This document shows positions 28,793-38,305 of a DNA stretch of 64,000 nucleotides, piece after piece. The notes under the pieces were generated by a model. It searched no databases. It was not told where the DNA came from and saw only the letters and a program-made list of their open reading frames with translations. The stretch covers positions 186,001-250,000 of IMG/VR virus record IMGVR_UViG_3300044568_003163; one strand, given 5' to 3'. The first letter of the stretch is position 1, and each line of letters opens with the position of its first letter. Both the position numbers and the translations under genes were made by a program.

Positions 28793-28802
28793 TGTAAATA
28801 TA
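28793..28802 (-). promoter_or_regulatory. Early box TATATTTACA
   Basis: Same box as at 31085, 50202, 51315, about 22 bp upstream of an ATG. Confidence 0.6.
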
Positions 28803-28842
28803 ATCATAATTCCCGAAAGAAAAAAATAAAATGTAACTTATT

Positions 28843-30672
28843 TTATGCTAAAAGTTTCTTTTTTCTTAATCCAGAATCACCACCAAACCAAGCATTTAAG
28901 GATTCCTTACCTAATTTATCGTTTGTAATTTTGATAGTCTTAGGATTTTGAATGATTTGCTCATATTCAGCATCTTCAAGTGCGGCAAGTCCTTTCTTAT
29001 ATTCTGAATTCCAACCTTTAGTATTTGTTTTAGATTCCCATTCTTGATATTCCTCTTTTGAATAGAATGATAACCAATCTTTGCCTTTTTGTGACACCAC
29101 GATTGGTGTGAGTACTCTATAGATTCTGCCTTGGTCAAATAGTTCAGGCCAATATTTTGCAAGAAAGTTTATTAATAAACCTGCAATTGCATCACCATCA
29201 GGATCGGCATCGGTGTAAATTAAAATCTTACCGTATCGTAGGTTGTTAGGTTCTTCACCTAAACGAAGTCCTAATGAACCCATTAGGTTGATTACCTCTT
29301 CGTTCTTAATTACTTCAGTGTTTTTCATTTCTGAAACATTTAAGAACTTACCTTTAAGAGGAAAGGCACCAAATAATTGAGGGTCTCTAAATTGTCGAAC
29401 TGCAGATTTAGCTGAATCACCTTCAAATATTCCTAATGTACAGCCTTCTCGATTGTCTTTTGATTTTGCATCGATTAGCTTAAGAATTTTAGAAGTATTT
29501 AAGTCTTTATTTAATTTTCTTAATTGAGCTCTTTCTTCTGCTTGTTTTTTACTTTCAATCCAATCTAAAATAGAGGCAACGATTTCAGATCCAAAGATTT
29601 GCTTAATCATTTTCTCACTAACTTCATGAGTTGAACCGAAATCTTTAGGTTCAGTAATTAATTTTTCTTTTGTTTGTGAAGAGAAGGCTGGATTAATGAT
29701 AGTAGAATTGATAAACACCATCATATGATTTTTAATATCTGCAGGTCGAATATCTACTTTATGTTTTTTCTTAATCATAATACGTAGCTTATCGATAATT
29801 TGATTTGCTATGTAATTTACATGATTACCGCCTTCTTTAGTTTCAATAGAGTTAACAAATGATATTGAGGTGTAACCTAAATTGGTAGGTGCAATGGCAA
29901 CTTCCCAATTATTTGAACGTTCATAGAAACATGAATCAACATAAAGTTCTGCGTAATCTTTGAATGTTCTAAATTTAAACTTTTCGTTATTGTATTGTAT
30001 TTTCACATTTGGATTACAAGCAGCAATGTCCATTAGACGTTTTCTCATCATATTGATGTGAACTTGGTCAACGCCATCCATTCCAAATTGTTTGTAATCT
30101 ACGATGTAAGATAATTCAGTAAAGTTTTTATCTGAAGGTGTAATTTTAGGTTCTGTACGTTTTGACATATTGTCTGAAAATACTTGAACAAATTGATTTT
30201 TACCATCAGAAGTTTTGATAGTAAATTTTTGTGAAAATATATTAGTAAGTGAAGCACCTACTCCATTAGTTCCTGCAACTGTTCGGTCTTGAGTATCGTC
30301 GAAATTAGAACCAGCTCGAAGATTTGAGAAAATTAATTCTGGAATCCAAATTCCATGGTCAGTGTGTTTTATTACAGGAATTCCACCATTATCCCATACG
30401 GATATTTCACCATTCTTAGGATTAAAAGTAACATGAACTTGATTTAACTTAGGATTTCTTTTCGATTCATCAATTGAATTTGAAACAATTTCATCAAATA
30501 ATTTCAGGAATCCTGGATTGTAAGTAACTTCTTCTTGATGGAATTTTTCGCCATCAAATAAAAATTCTTTTGAATTATGTGGTTTTGTTGAACCAACATA
30601 CATACCTGGCCTTTTAAGGACATGTTGTATCTCGTCTAATAATTCATATTTCTTACTTATTTCTTTTGACAT
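28843..30672 (-). CDS. gp39: Type IIA DNA topoisomerase ATPase/TOPRIM subunit (T4 gp39+60/GyrB-like)
   Basis: RPGMYVG, DEIVSNSID, GTNGVG, EGDSA, PLKGK, YTDADPDG. Confidence 0.95.
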   Translation of the reverse strand: MSKEISKKYELLDEIQHVLKRPGMYVGSTKPHNSKEFLFDGEKFHQEEVTYNPGFLKLFDEIVSNSIDESKRNPKLNQVHVTFNPKNGEISVWDNGGIPVIKHTDHGIWIPELIFSNLRAGSNFDDTQDRTVAGTNGVGASLTNIFSQKFTIKTSDGKNQFVQVFSDNMSKRTEPKITPSDKNFTELSYIVDYKQFGMDGVDQVHINMMRKRLMDIAACNPNVKIQYNNEKFKFRTFKDYAELYVDSCFYERSNNWEVAIAPTNLGYTSISFVNSIETKEGGNHVNYIANQIIDKLRIMIKKKHKVDIRPADIKNHMMVFINSTIINPAFSSQTKEKLITEPKDFGSTHEVSEKMIKQIFGSEIVASILDWIESKKQAEERAQLRKLNKDLNTSKILKLIDAKSKDNREGCTLGIFEGDSAKSAVRQFRDPQLFGAFPLKGKFLNVSEMKNTEVIKNEEVINLMGSLGLRLGEEPNNLRYGKILIYTDADPDGDAIAGLLINFLAKYWPELFDQGRIYRVLTPIVVSQKGKDWLSFYSKEEYQEWESKTNTKGWNSEYKKGLAALEDAEYEQIIQNPKTIKITNDKLGKESLNAWFGGDSGLRKKKLLA

Positions 30673-30718
30673 AGATTTAATGATTTTACGTTTTATGCAA
30701 GTTTTTCAATTTTGATTA

Positions 30719-31063
30719 TTATAGTTTAGTTACTGAAACGAATCCATCAAAACCTTTACATTTACCATCTTTGCATGTAGTAAAAGAAACGTGATAATTA
30801 TCAGTTGCTTCTTTAAGAGTTTTACGTTCATCTGATACTGACCATTCGTCGATCAAAGTAACCATAATGTCTGCATTTGTACGATTAGAATTTACTACCT
30901 TAGTAGTTTTATCACCATACCATTCAGTAAGTTGTTTCGTTAGATTCCATATTGAATCTCCTTTTTTGCAAGGTACACCATAGTCACATGCATCTGAATA
31001 AATTTGAATTGATTGAGATTCGATTTCTGAAATTGCGTAGTAACCTTCTTTATAAACTGACAT
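30719..31063 (-). CDS. Hypothetical early protein
   Basis: ORF following early promoter. Confidence 0.75.
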   Translation of the reverse strand: MSVYKEGYYAISEIESQSIQIYSDACDYGVPCKKGDSIWNLTKQLTEWYGDKTTKVVNSNRTNADIMVTLIDEWSVSDERKTLKEATDNYHVSFTTCKDGKCKGFDGFVSVTKL

Positions 31064-31084
31064 AATTTGAGTTTTTAATTATAG

Positions 31085-31153
31085 TGTAAATATAACAAAA
31101 AAACTCGATACTTAAAAATATCGAGTTAGAAAGTTTCAAAAAGTTATTAACAA
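31085..31153 (-). promoter_or_regulatory. Early promoter TATATTTACA, intervening hairpin, and TTGTTAATAAC box (58-bp offset)
   Basis: Boxes at 31085-31094 and 31143-31153; CTCGATA/TATCGAG hairpin between. Confidence 0.7.
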
Positions 31154-31612
31154 TTATTTTGCAAATGTTAGAGTATAATATTTTTTGCCGTTTACGTTAG
31201 TTGTTATAGACACTCCTACGTCAGTAAAATCTCCTCGTAATATTTGTTGAGTTTCAATATTAGTATTAATTGCATTTAATGCGCTTTGATTTGTGCTATA
31301 ATTATAGCAAACTATAGCACTAACTCGTTGATAGCCTAGTCTTTTTAGATTTTCTACTCTATCGTGAAAGTGATAATGTTTAATGTCATTATAAGAAATC
31401 ATATAGTTATTACTCTGTTCGCAAAGAGCACTTATATGTTGAACTTCATTTAGTGAAGTTACTAAGTTAGATGTTCGATATTGATTTATGAGTTGTATCA
31501 TCTCTAACTCTTGAATATTATATTCGTAAGGTAGTAAAATAATAGGTGGCTCGTCGTTAGTTGAACAACTAAAAGACAATAAAAGAGTTAGTATTAATAT
31601 AATTTTCTTCAT
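31154..31612 (-). CDS. CAP/SCP-domain lipoprotein (degenerate); start corrected to 31612
   Basis: Signal peptide ending LSFSC; LINQYR, HYHFHDR, GDFTDVGV. Confidence 0.8.
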   Translation of the reverse strand: MKKIILILTLLLSFSCSTNDEPPIILLPYEYNIQELEMIQLINQYRTSNLVTSLNEVQHISALCEQSNNYMISYNDIKHYHFHDRVENLKRLGYQRVSAIVCYNYSTNQSALNAINTNIETQQILRGDFTDVGVSITTNVNGKKYYTLTFAK

Positions 31613-31641
31613 TATTATTATATGCAATAGAGATAAAAAGG

Positions 31642-32103
31642 TTATCTACTTATTAGAATAAGAGTTATGTAATTTCTTTGATTGGAGCTTCGAGTTATAG
31701 ATAATCCAAAGTCAGTGTAATCGCCTTCAATATTTCTTTTATGTCCAGGACTATTTAACCATGCATTTAATGTCGATGAAGGATTTTGATAATTATAAGC
31801 TATATTTTCACCGACTCTTACTGCACCTAAAGTATTTTGTAAATTATTTACTCGTTGTTGAAAATAGTCATGATTTACAACATTATTTTCTATCATATAG
31901 ATATTGTGCTCATAACATACATACGATATATGTTGATTAGGTTGAAGCTCATTAAGACCTATGTTATTTCGATAGGCATTTATTACATCAAATAATTCTA
32001 TTTCCCTTTCAGAATATTGATAACTATATACTTGTGGTATAATCGATTCATCATTTTTAGTACACGATAAAATCAAAATCATTAAAATTAAAAATTTTCT
32101 CAT
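31642..32103 (-). CDS. CAP/SCP-domain lipoprotein
   Basis: Lipobox LILSC; INAYR, HNIYM, NHDYF, GENIAY, WLNSPGHKRNI. Confidence 0.9.
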   Translation of the reverse strand: MRKFLILMILILSCTKNDESIIPQVYSYQYSEREIELFDVINAYRNNIGLNELQPNQHISYVCYEHNIYMIENNVVNHDYFQQRVNNLQNTLGAVRVGENIAYNYQNPSSTLNAWLNSPGHKRNIEGDYTDFGLSITRSSNQRNYITLILISR

Positions 32104-32135
32104 GAGAATCGATATTTAGAATATTTATTCAACAC

Positions 32136-32163
32136 AAAAGGTCCGAATTAATTCGGACCTTTT
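32136..32163. terminator. Intrinsic terminator hairpin
   Basis: AAAAGGTCCGAATT/AATTCGGACCTTTT perfect inverted repeat. Confidence 0.8.
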
Positions 32164-32180
32164 TAAATGTATAAGTTTTA

Positions 32181-32357
32181 TTATTTTGTTGCTGGTTTCT
32201 GTTTATCTACAATTGACCATACAACACCTACTAATGTTAAAGCTGCACCAGAAAGTTCAGCCCAAGCTCCATCAGCAATAAAGCCTTTAGCGATTAGGAT
32301 TCCACCAACTGCAGTCATAGTGTGTCTTAGTACTCCAAAAATTTGTTCTTTTGTCAT
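32181..32357 (-). CDS. Putative holin (58 aa, two TM segments, Pam3-gp28-like)
   Basis: Hand-translated MTKEQIFGVLRHTMTAVGGILIAKG...WSIVDK; exact TATAAATA at 32400-32407 upstream. Confidence 0.75.
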   Translation of the reverse strand: MTKEQIFGVLRHTMTAVGGILIAKGFIADGAWAELSGAALTLVGVVWSIVDKQKPATK

Positions 32358-32429
32358 GATATTAAATTTGTTTTTTCGTGTGTGGTATTACACACATTTT
32401 ATTTATAAATGCTTCACGTCGACATAAAA

Positions 32430-32450
32430 AAAGGACTCAGTGAGTCCTTT
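32430..32450 (-). terminator. Intrinsic terminator after tail tube
   Basis: AAAGGACTCA/TGAGTCCTTT stem with T-run. Confidence 0.75.
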
Positions 32451-32469
32451 GTAATTACTTTTAGTAAGA

Positions 32470-33021
32470 TTAAACGATGTTTTCTTCCCACCAGTCGCTT
32501 CTCCATTTAACGGCAAGCACTTGTGCATCTCCTGAACCATAATCTCCACCATAATCTGGCATATCTCCTGTAGGGAAACAATCATGGAAAGTACGTTGCC
32601 AGAATATATCTCCTTTACGGTTATAGTTGGTAACGATAATAGTTCCTACGTAATCTTTCTTAAGACCTTGTTCACCGGTTAAAGGGTTATAAATAAGTCT
32701 CTGCCAATTACGAAGAGTTTTGTATACATAAAGTTCGTTAGCGTCATTTAAGTTAAGAGAAAATTCAACCTCAATATCATTGATAGTATCAGTTGGATCT
32801 CCTTTAGCATAAGAACGTTTTGCGAATTTATATTTTTGTTCGATAACTTCTGAACCTCTATCTTGAGTAAGACCAGAAATCTTATTTACGTGTTCAAGTA
32901 GGATAGACCCACCAGCAACAGTATTTGGAGGAAGTATTGTTACTTCAAATAAGTTTTGGTAAAATGGTTCGTAATATTTGGTAGAAGCTTTTGCGTTTAA
33001 AAAATGTGGTAAACCTGGCAT
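32470..33021 (-). CDS. gp19: Tail tube protein (gp19-like)
   Basis: FEVTILPP, YKTLRNW, DYVGTIIV, FHDCFP; follows sheath. Confidence 0.85.
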   Translation of the reverse strand: MPGLPHFLNAKASTKYYEPFYQNLFEVTILPPNTVAGGSILLEHVNKISGLTQDRGSEVIEQKYKFAKRSYAKGDPTDTINDIEVEFSLNLNDANELYVYKTLRNWQRLIYNPLTGEQGLKKDYVGTIIVTNYNRKGDIFWQRTFHDCFPTGDMPDYGGDYGSGDAQVLAVKWRSDWWEENIV

Positions 33022-33092
33022 GTTCTAATATTCTTTTTTATTTTCAATTTTTTAATTGAGATTTAGTTATTTATCTACGTGATGATAAAAAA

Positions 33093-33117
33093 TAAGCCGA
33101 CCGATTAGATCGGCTTA
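33093..33117 (-). terminator. Hairpin terminator after sheath
   Basis: TAAGCCGA/TCGGCTTA stem. Confidence 0.6.
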
Positions 33118-33124
33118 ATTTATA

Positions 33125-36100
33125 TTAAATGTAGTTACCTGTTGCGATAGTACCAGTTCTAAGAATTGTAGTTCTATGAACTAATACACCCATTCCTCTT
33201 ACTGGTTCGATGTAAGTATCAAGAATACCGATGTTGTTATCAATAATCTCGTTAGTATTATTAGTCGAATCCATGATGTTGTTGAAATCGTAAAGACCTC
33301 CATCAGAAAGGATTTGAGATAAGAAATTATCTGCAAGAGTTTTAATTTCTAATCTATTTTGAGCTGTGTTAAATTCCCAACGGTAATTTTTAAGAATAGC
33401 TTCGATACCATCTTGAATGTATATCAATAATTCTCTTACGTGAATTTGAGAAAGTGCAGATTTAACTGTTTGTTGAGCAGTTTGGTTAGCATTAATAGTT
33501 AATCCAAAACCTCTCTTGTTAACTATTGCGTTATATCCGAATGGTTCGATCCAATCTAAATCAACTCTATCGAATGCGTATTCAACTCCAACTAATCCGG
33601 CTCCAGTTACAACACCTCTACGAGGACCAGCAACTATTGAATATGGAAGAGCTAAGTTATATTTGTCAATGTACAAGTTAGAAACATGTGCAGCACATGG
33701 AACTGATGTATTACTTCCATTTTCTCTTATTACTAAGTTAGGACCATAGAATGCTCCATAATTAGCACCATCAGCAATACCTGGTAAGGTAAATACATTA
33801 GATGGGTTAGATGCTAAATTACCTCCAGTAGATACATATTGAGTGTCAAATGAAGTAGTTGAATCCATTTTAAATAATGGATTAGTACTTTCTTTAAGTT
33901 GCTTAACCGATGGCATATTTAAGATAGCTAAAGCTGATTGACGATTCTTAGCTAACTTAGTTAATCTAATTTTTGAAGCTGGTTCAATTAATCCTTCGAA
34001 TGAATCGACGATATAACGGAACGTAATAGTTTCTCTATCAACTAATCCTTGAGCAATGTTTGTATCGGTCATTACATCTAAGATAGCGTTTTGTCTGTCT
34101 CCTGAACCGTTAGGTACTTGAGCATCTCTTAAAGTATAACCATTAAGAGCCGAGAATCTATAATATTGAACGAAGTTTCTAATATCTTTATATCTTTCTA
34201 CTTCATTAGTAGGAGAAATGTATATCGGATCATTAGTTGTTACTTTAATATAACCATAGTTAGCAGAAAGTGGATCAGAGATTTTAACTACTGAGATAAT
34301 TCTAGTTAAACGAGATTTTCCAGTATGAAGTTTACCATCATTTGGAGTAGGTACTAAATCTAATTTAGAAGGAGTTCCTGTACCACCAAAGTTTTGTACT
34401 AAGTATTGTCCTTTAGCAATTTGACCAGTAAATCCTGAAGCTCCTAATGGACCAGTTACAGTATCATTCAACCAAATAACGTTAGTTGGATTAGCAGTTC
34501 CAGTTCTAGCAACATCAATCAATAAAGATTCGTTAATGTCTCCAGTATATGTTTTAAAATCAAAAGTTGCAGTAGCACCAATCGAAGTAGCACCTGTTAC
34601 TAAATCTACATTTTCAAAAGCTGAAACAGTAACATAATTAACTTTGTCACTTAATGTTGGAGTTGTTGAAGCAAATGCAGATGTAAATGTAGCTCCAGTG
34701 AAATCATTAGTACTAAATCTATCGAATTGAACATATGAATATACTGCAGTAGAACCAGTAGCTGAGATATTAATTCTATCTCCATCGGTAATGATACCTG
34801 AAAGATTAGTCTGATAAACATCAGAATCTTGACCGGCATAAACAATTTTAGGAGATGCACTAGTATCAGCAAATTCCCATTTATTTGAACGGATTATTTT
34901 AAGACTAGCAGTTCCACCACCAGCGGTAGTTCCAGTTCCACCAACGAATAAGAATCCATTAGAAGTACTAGTAGGACCGGTTACACCATCACCTACAACT
35001 AATTTAACTTTAAGAGTTAAGATGTCGTTAGTATCATCGTATATTTTAGAGTTAATAGAAATATAATTAGCCGAACTTGTTGGACCGGTAGTTACGTTAG
35101 ATGAACCTTGAACGAATGTTTTATTAACTGCAAGTGAATCAATAAATTCAGTAAATAATGCACGAGTAGCAAAACCAGTAACTAATGAACCTGTAGCAGC
35201 AGCTGAAGGACCGTAAATAGTTATCGTGTCATAAAAACCAGTAGCACCAGTTGATGTATAACCAGTAGCACCTTGGATTGCAGAAGATGCAGAATAAAGT
35301 GCATTAGCAACAACTCCATTAGTAGCACCTACTGTTAAGGTAAATACTACTGCAGTAGCACCAGAAACTTTTGCGTAAGATAAATCTTCTTGAATTCCAC
35401 CAAAATATGATAGGAAATTAAGAGCGCCAGGTTGTTCTGATTCTAAGGTGTGACCTACAGTATCAATTAAATCTCCAGAAATCAATCTTGAAACTCCACC
35501 TAAATTATAAGGTTGATCGTCATAAGCTGCTGGATTAAGTGCCATTAAAACTCCAGTTCTAGAAGTTTCAAGGTTAACTAAATCTTGAATATAAATGTTA
35601 TTACCGTTTTTGTCTTGGAAATCAGGAATCATAGCACCAGTATAAACACCAAGTACATTAACTTGAGGTAATGCAAGGAATTCGGTTAGACCATCTCTCA
35701 CAAAACCATATTGGTCAGTGAATACTTTTCTAAGTCCAGTATTAGTAAAATAAGGACCGAAAATAGGATCGATTGCTAATGTTGTGTAATTAGAGAAATC
35801 TCCTTCTACAATAATTACATCTATAAGATAATCTGAGATATAATCATTTTCATTCATCCAGAATGGTACTTGACCAACACCAAACCAATCTTTAGCAATT
35901 ACATCAAATCCAAGAGTATCAGATTTTCTAGTAACCACAGAAACAGGTCTTCTACCAACGTTTGCATAATTAAGTAAACGTTGAGTTGCTGGTGAAGCAT
36001 TGTTGGTTGGTAGATCAGTTGCAGCTGATTGAACTAATGCAGCAGGATCAGTGAACCAGAATTTATCTTTATTAAAGAAAGAAGAAACTGGAGCAGAATC

Positions 36101-36457
36101 TACTAATGCGTTATTATTAGTAGCACAAGTTGAGACAGATTGGAAATTAGATGTATCTAATGTGTCATTTAATTTAAGTAAGTTAAGAACGATCACTGGT
36201 CCTCTATCCAAACAAGTTAAAACTGTTCGGTGGAAATATGAACCTTTTCTTTCTAATACTGCGTCGATTTCACCGAATACAGATTTAAAAAATACTGAAT
36301 CCTGTACAAATACTGGTGTATTAAAAGGCCCTTTTTTAGAGAATCCGATTATAAGACGAATAGTCTCAGAAGGGATGTTAGTGATTTGGCTCTTGTCGAA
36401 TTCAAGTCGGTAAACACCCGAAGATTTGAATTGTTGTAATGATGGTGATAGTGCCAT
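33125..36457 (-). CDS. gp18: Tail sheath protein (gp18-like, 1110 aa with large Thr/Gly-rich insertion)
   Basis: SSGVYRLEFDKS, GFSKKGPFNTP, VAGPRRG, SQIHVRELLIYI, YRWEFNT, DSTNNT. Confidence 0.93.
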   Translation of the reverse strand: MALSPSLQQFKSSGVYRLEFDKSQITNIPSETIRLIIGFSKKGPFNTPVFVQDSVFFKSVFGEIDAVLERKGSYFHRTVLTCLDRGPVIVLNLLKLNDTLDTSNFQSVSTCATNNNALVDSAPVSSFFNKDKFWFTDPAALVQSAATDLPTNNASPATQRLLNYANVGRRPVSVVTRKSDTLGFDVIAKDWFGVGQVPFWMNENDYISDYLIDVIIVEGDFSNYTTLAIDPIFGPYFTNTGLRKVFTDQYGFVRDGLTEFLALPQVNVLGVYTGAMIPDFQDKNGNNIYIQDLVNLETSRTGVLMALNPAAYDDQPYNLGGVSRLISGDLIDTVGHTLESEQPGALNFLSYFGGIQEDLSYAKVSGATAVVFTLTVGATNGVVANALYSASSAIQGATGYTSTGATGFYDTITIYGPSAAATGSLVTGFATRALFTEFIDSLAVNKTFVQGSSNVTTGPTSSANYISINSKIYDDTNDILTLKVKLVVGDGVTGPTSTSNGFLFVGGTGTTAGGGTASLKIIRSNKWEFADTSASPKIVYAGQDSDVYQTNLSGIITDGDRINISATGSTAVYSYVQFDRFSTNDFTGATFTSAFASTTPTLSDKVNYVTVSAFENVDLVTGATSIGATATFDFKTYTGDINESLLIDVARTGTANPTNVIWLNDTVTGPLGASGFTGQIAKGQYLVQNFGGTGTPSKLDLVPTPNDGKLHTGKSRLTRIISVVKISDPLSANYGYIKVTTNDPIYISPTNEVERYKDIRNFVQYYRFSALNGYTLRDAQVPNGSGDRQNAILDVMTDTNIAQGLVDRETITFRYIVDSFEGLIEPASKIRLTKLAKNRQSALAILNMPSVKQLKESTNPLFKMDSTTSFDTQYVSTGGNLASNPSNVFTLPGIADGANYGAFYGPNLVIRENGSNTSVPCAAHVSNLYIDKYNLALPYSIVAGPRRGVVTGAGLVGVEYAFDRVDLDWIEPFGYNAIVNKRGFGLTINANQTAQQTVKSALSQIHVRELLIYIQDGIEAILKNYRWEFNTAQNRLEIKTLADNFLSQILSDGGLYDFNNIMDSTNNTNEIIDNNIGILDTYIEPVRGMGVLVHRTTILRTGTIATGNYI

Positions 36458-36476
36458 ATTGCTATTATTTTTTTAT

Positions 36477-36484
36477 TATATATC
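36477..36484 (-). promoter_or_regulatory. Late box GATATATA, family [GTA]ATA[TA]ATA (also 6725, 15496, 27065, 32122, 32400, 33068, 39652, 40417, 42702, 53524, 56707, 58482, 61141, 62815)
   Basis: T4-late-like (TATAAATA) octamer shortly upstream of sheath, tube, capsid, protease, portal and terminase genes. Confidence 0.7.
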
Positions 36485-36505
36485 ATCAGATAGATGAAAT
36501 TTGGT

Positions 36506-38305
36506 TTAAAACATAGAACTATAAAAATCTTCTTCTTCTCCAGGATCAGAATTTTCTAAGATAGAATCTATTTTATCTTGTAAGTCTTCGTCGATATTAT
36601 CAAAATATTCTTCGATGATTTCGTTGTAATCTAAGGTTTCAAAAAATGAAGAAGCGGTAACACAAGTCATTACACAATCATCATTTCCGGTTTGAGCTGA
36701 ATATGTGCCATTAGGATTTCTAGAAAACATCTTAGCCTCTAAGATAGTTCGAGGATCTTTAATAATTAATTGACCTTTTTGTACACATTGCTTTAACTTT
36801 TCACAGTATAGCATCTTATTCTCTCTATTTATCCTTACACCAAATTCTTTTGTTTTATTACCTAAACGGTGAGCATATTTCACTAAAGTTTCTTCATCGA
36901 AATCATTACTTGAAGGATATAATGTAGTTAAGTGTTTAATTAGAGTAGATCCGTATGTATTATATTCAATAATTAGTCGTAAATTGTCTTGAAAGAAATA
37001 TTTAACTGACAGGCAATAGAGTATTTTTGCAAATTCTCCTAAATTATGAATATTCGATCTAAATATTCCTATTTGTTCTAGACCAAAGAAATCAGAAACG
37101 TGACCTGGTGCAATTAATGCATCCATATCGAATTCTCGTAAAGGAACTACCTTAAAAATATTCAAAATAGTATAATCTCTACCAATTCCTTCTGCTAAAT
37201 CGATTGTACAAATAAAGAAATTTGATTTATCTTCTATTTCATCAACGTCAAAGTCTGGATCCCATTTTAACTGAGAATAATCAATACATAAATCATCTAA
37301 CGTATCTATTTCTCGAAATTCAAATTCTTTCTCTTCTTTTACTAACTTATTTATCTGTTCAGATGTAAGTAATAATGAAGATGATGATAAGAATTGGCAA
37401 CCATATTGTTGATTAAATGCTTCTTCAGAACCTAAGTTACCAATTTCTCTAGCTCTCCATGCTTCATCTCTTCCAGGAACATCCCACCAATCTACTCTTA
37501 ATGGAGTATATTCGTTAGCTCCATCAATAGCTCCTTGATATAGTTCTTGAAACAAATCAAATCCGTTAGGAGTTGATGTAATAATCATTCTTGAAATTTT
37601 CGATGAGGACAGCGTAGGATAAACGTTCTCATAAAATGGTCGTTTAATTCCTTCAGGAATATGAGCAAACTCATCTAAAAATAGAAGGTGGATAGTAAAA
37701 CCAATACCACCGGTTTTTGTAGTATTTTGACCAATGATTCGACATCGATTATCGAACATCATTGTCATTACGTCCTTTTTAAGTACACCTGGTTTAAGGA
37801 AAAATGGAAGTCCTTCCATAATCGCCTTAATTTTATCCATAATTTCCTTTGTTGTAGCACCTTTATTTGACATAAGAAGTACGTTTTTATCAAAGTGAAA
37901 TAGCAGATACCAAGTCAAAAATATAGACGAAGTAATTGTTTTACCTATCTGACGTGGTGCAACAAATATGCTCCATCGATTGTCTTGATAGGATTTAAGT
38001 ACTGTTTCTTGATATGGACGAAGTTGTATTTTCATATAACCTTCATCTGTCATTACTTGACAATAAGTATTTGCAAAGTGAATGATGTCCCTAGCACATA
38101 ATTTAATTTCCTCATACTCCATATCGGTGTATTCGTAAACTATATTGCCTTTTTTATAATTTGGATCTCCTTCATAAAATGGATGATCCGAAGCTTGATA
38201 ACCTTCTTCCATGGCATCAAGTAATTTATAGACCTTTTCAGTTGTCCAAATTACTCTACCGTCATCTTTTTGTTTATCTTCTTTGTATTCTTTTACTTTA
38301 AACAT
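36506..38305 (-). CDS. gp17: Terminase large subunit (gp17-like); ATG at 38305, upstream TTG at 38344 possible
   Basis: APRQIGKT Walker A, FLDEFAH Walker B, TSTPNG, WWDVPGRD, IDLAEGIGRD, DDCVM. Confidence 0.95.
   Translation of the reverse strand: MFKVKEYKEDKQKDDGRVIWTTEKVYKLLDAMEEGYQASDHPFYEGDPNYKKGNIVYEYTDMEYEEIKLCARDIIHFANTYCQVMTDEGYMKIQLRPYQETVLKSYQDNRWSIFVAPRQIGKTITSSIFLTWYLLFHFDKNVLLMSNKGATTKEIMDKIKAIMEGLPFFLKPGVLKKDVMTMMFDNRCRIIGQNTTKTGGIGFTIHLLFLDEFAHIPEGIKRPFYENVYPTLSSSKISRMIITSTPNGFDLFQELYQGAIDGANEYTPLRVDWWDVPGRDEAWRAREIGNLGSEEAFNQQYGCQFLSSSSLLLTSEQINKLVKEEKEFEFREIDTLDDLCIDYSQLKWDPDFDVDEIEDKSNFFICTIDLAEGIGRDYTILNIFKVVPLREFDMDALIAPGHVSDFFGLEQIGIFRSNIHNLGEFAKILYCLSVKYFFQDNLRLIIEYNTYGSTLIKHLTTLYPSSNDFDEETLVKYAHRLGNKTKEFGVRINRENKMLYCEKLKQCVQKGQLIIKDPRTILEAKMFSRNPNGTYSAQTGNDDCVMTCVTASSFFETLDYNEIIEEYFDNIDEDLQDKIDSILENSDPGEEEDFYSSMF

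Noticed and set aside
32167-32427. Plus-strand 86-aa ORF in the track
   Set aside because: It is the antisense shadow of the real minus-strand 58-aa holin-like gene (32181-32357), which has a late promoter and a terminator.
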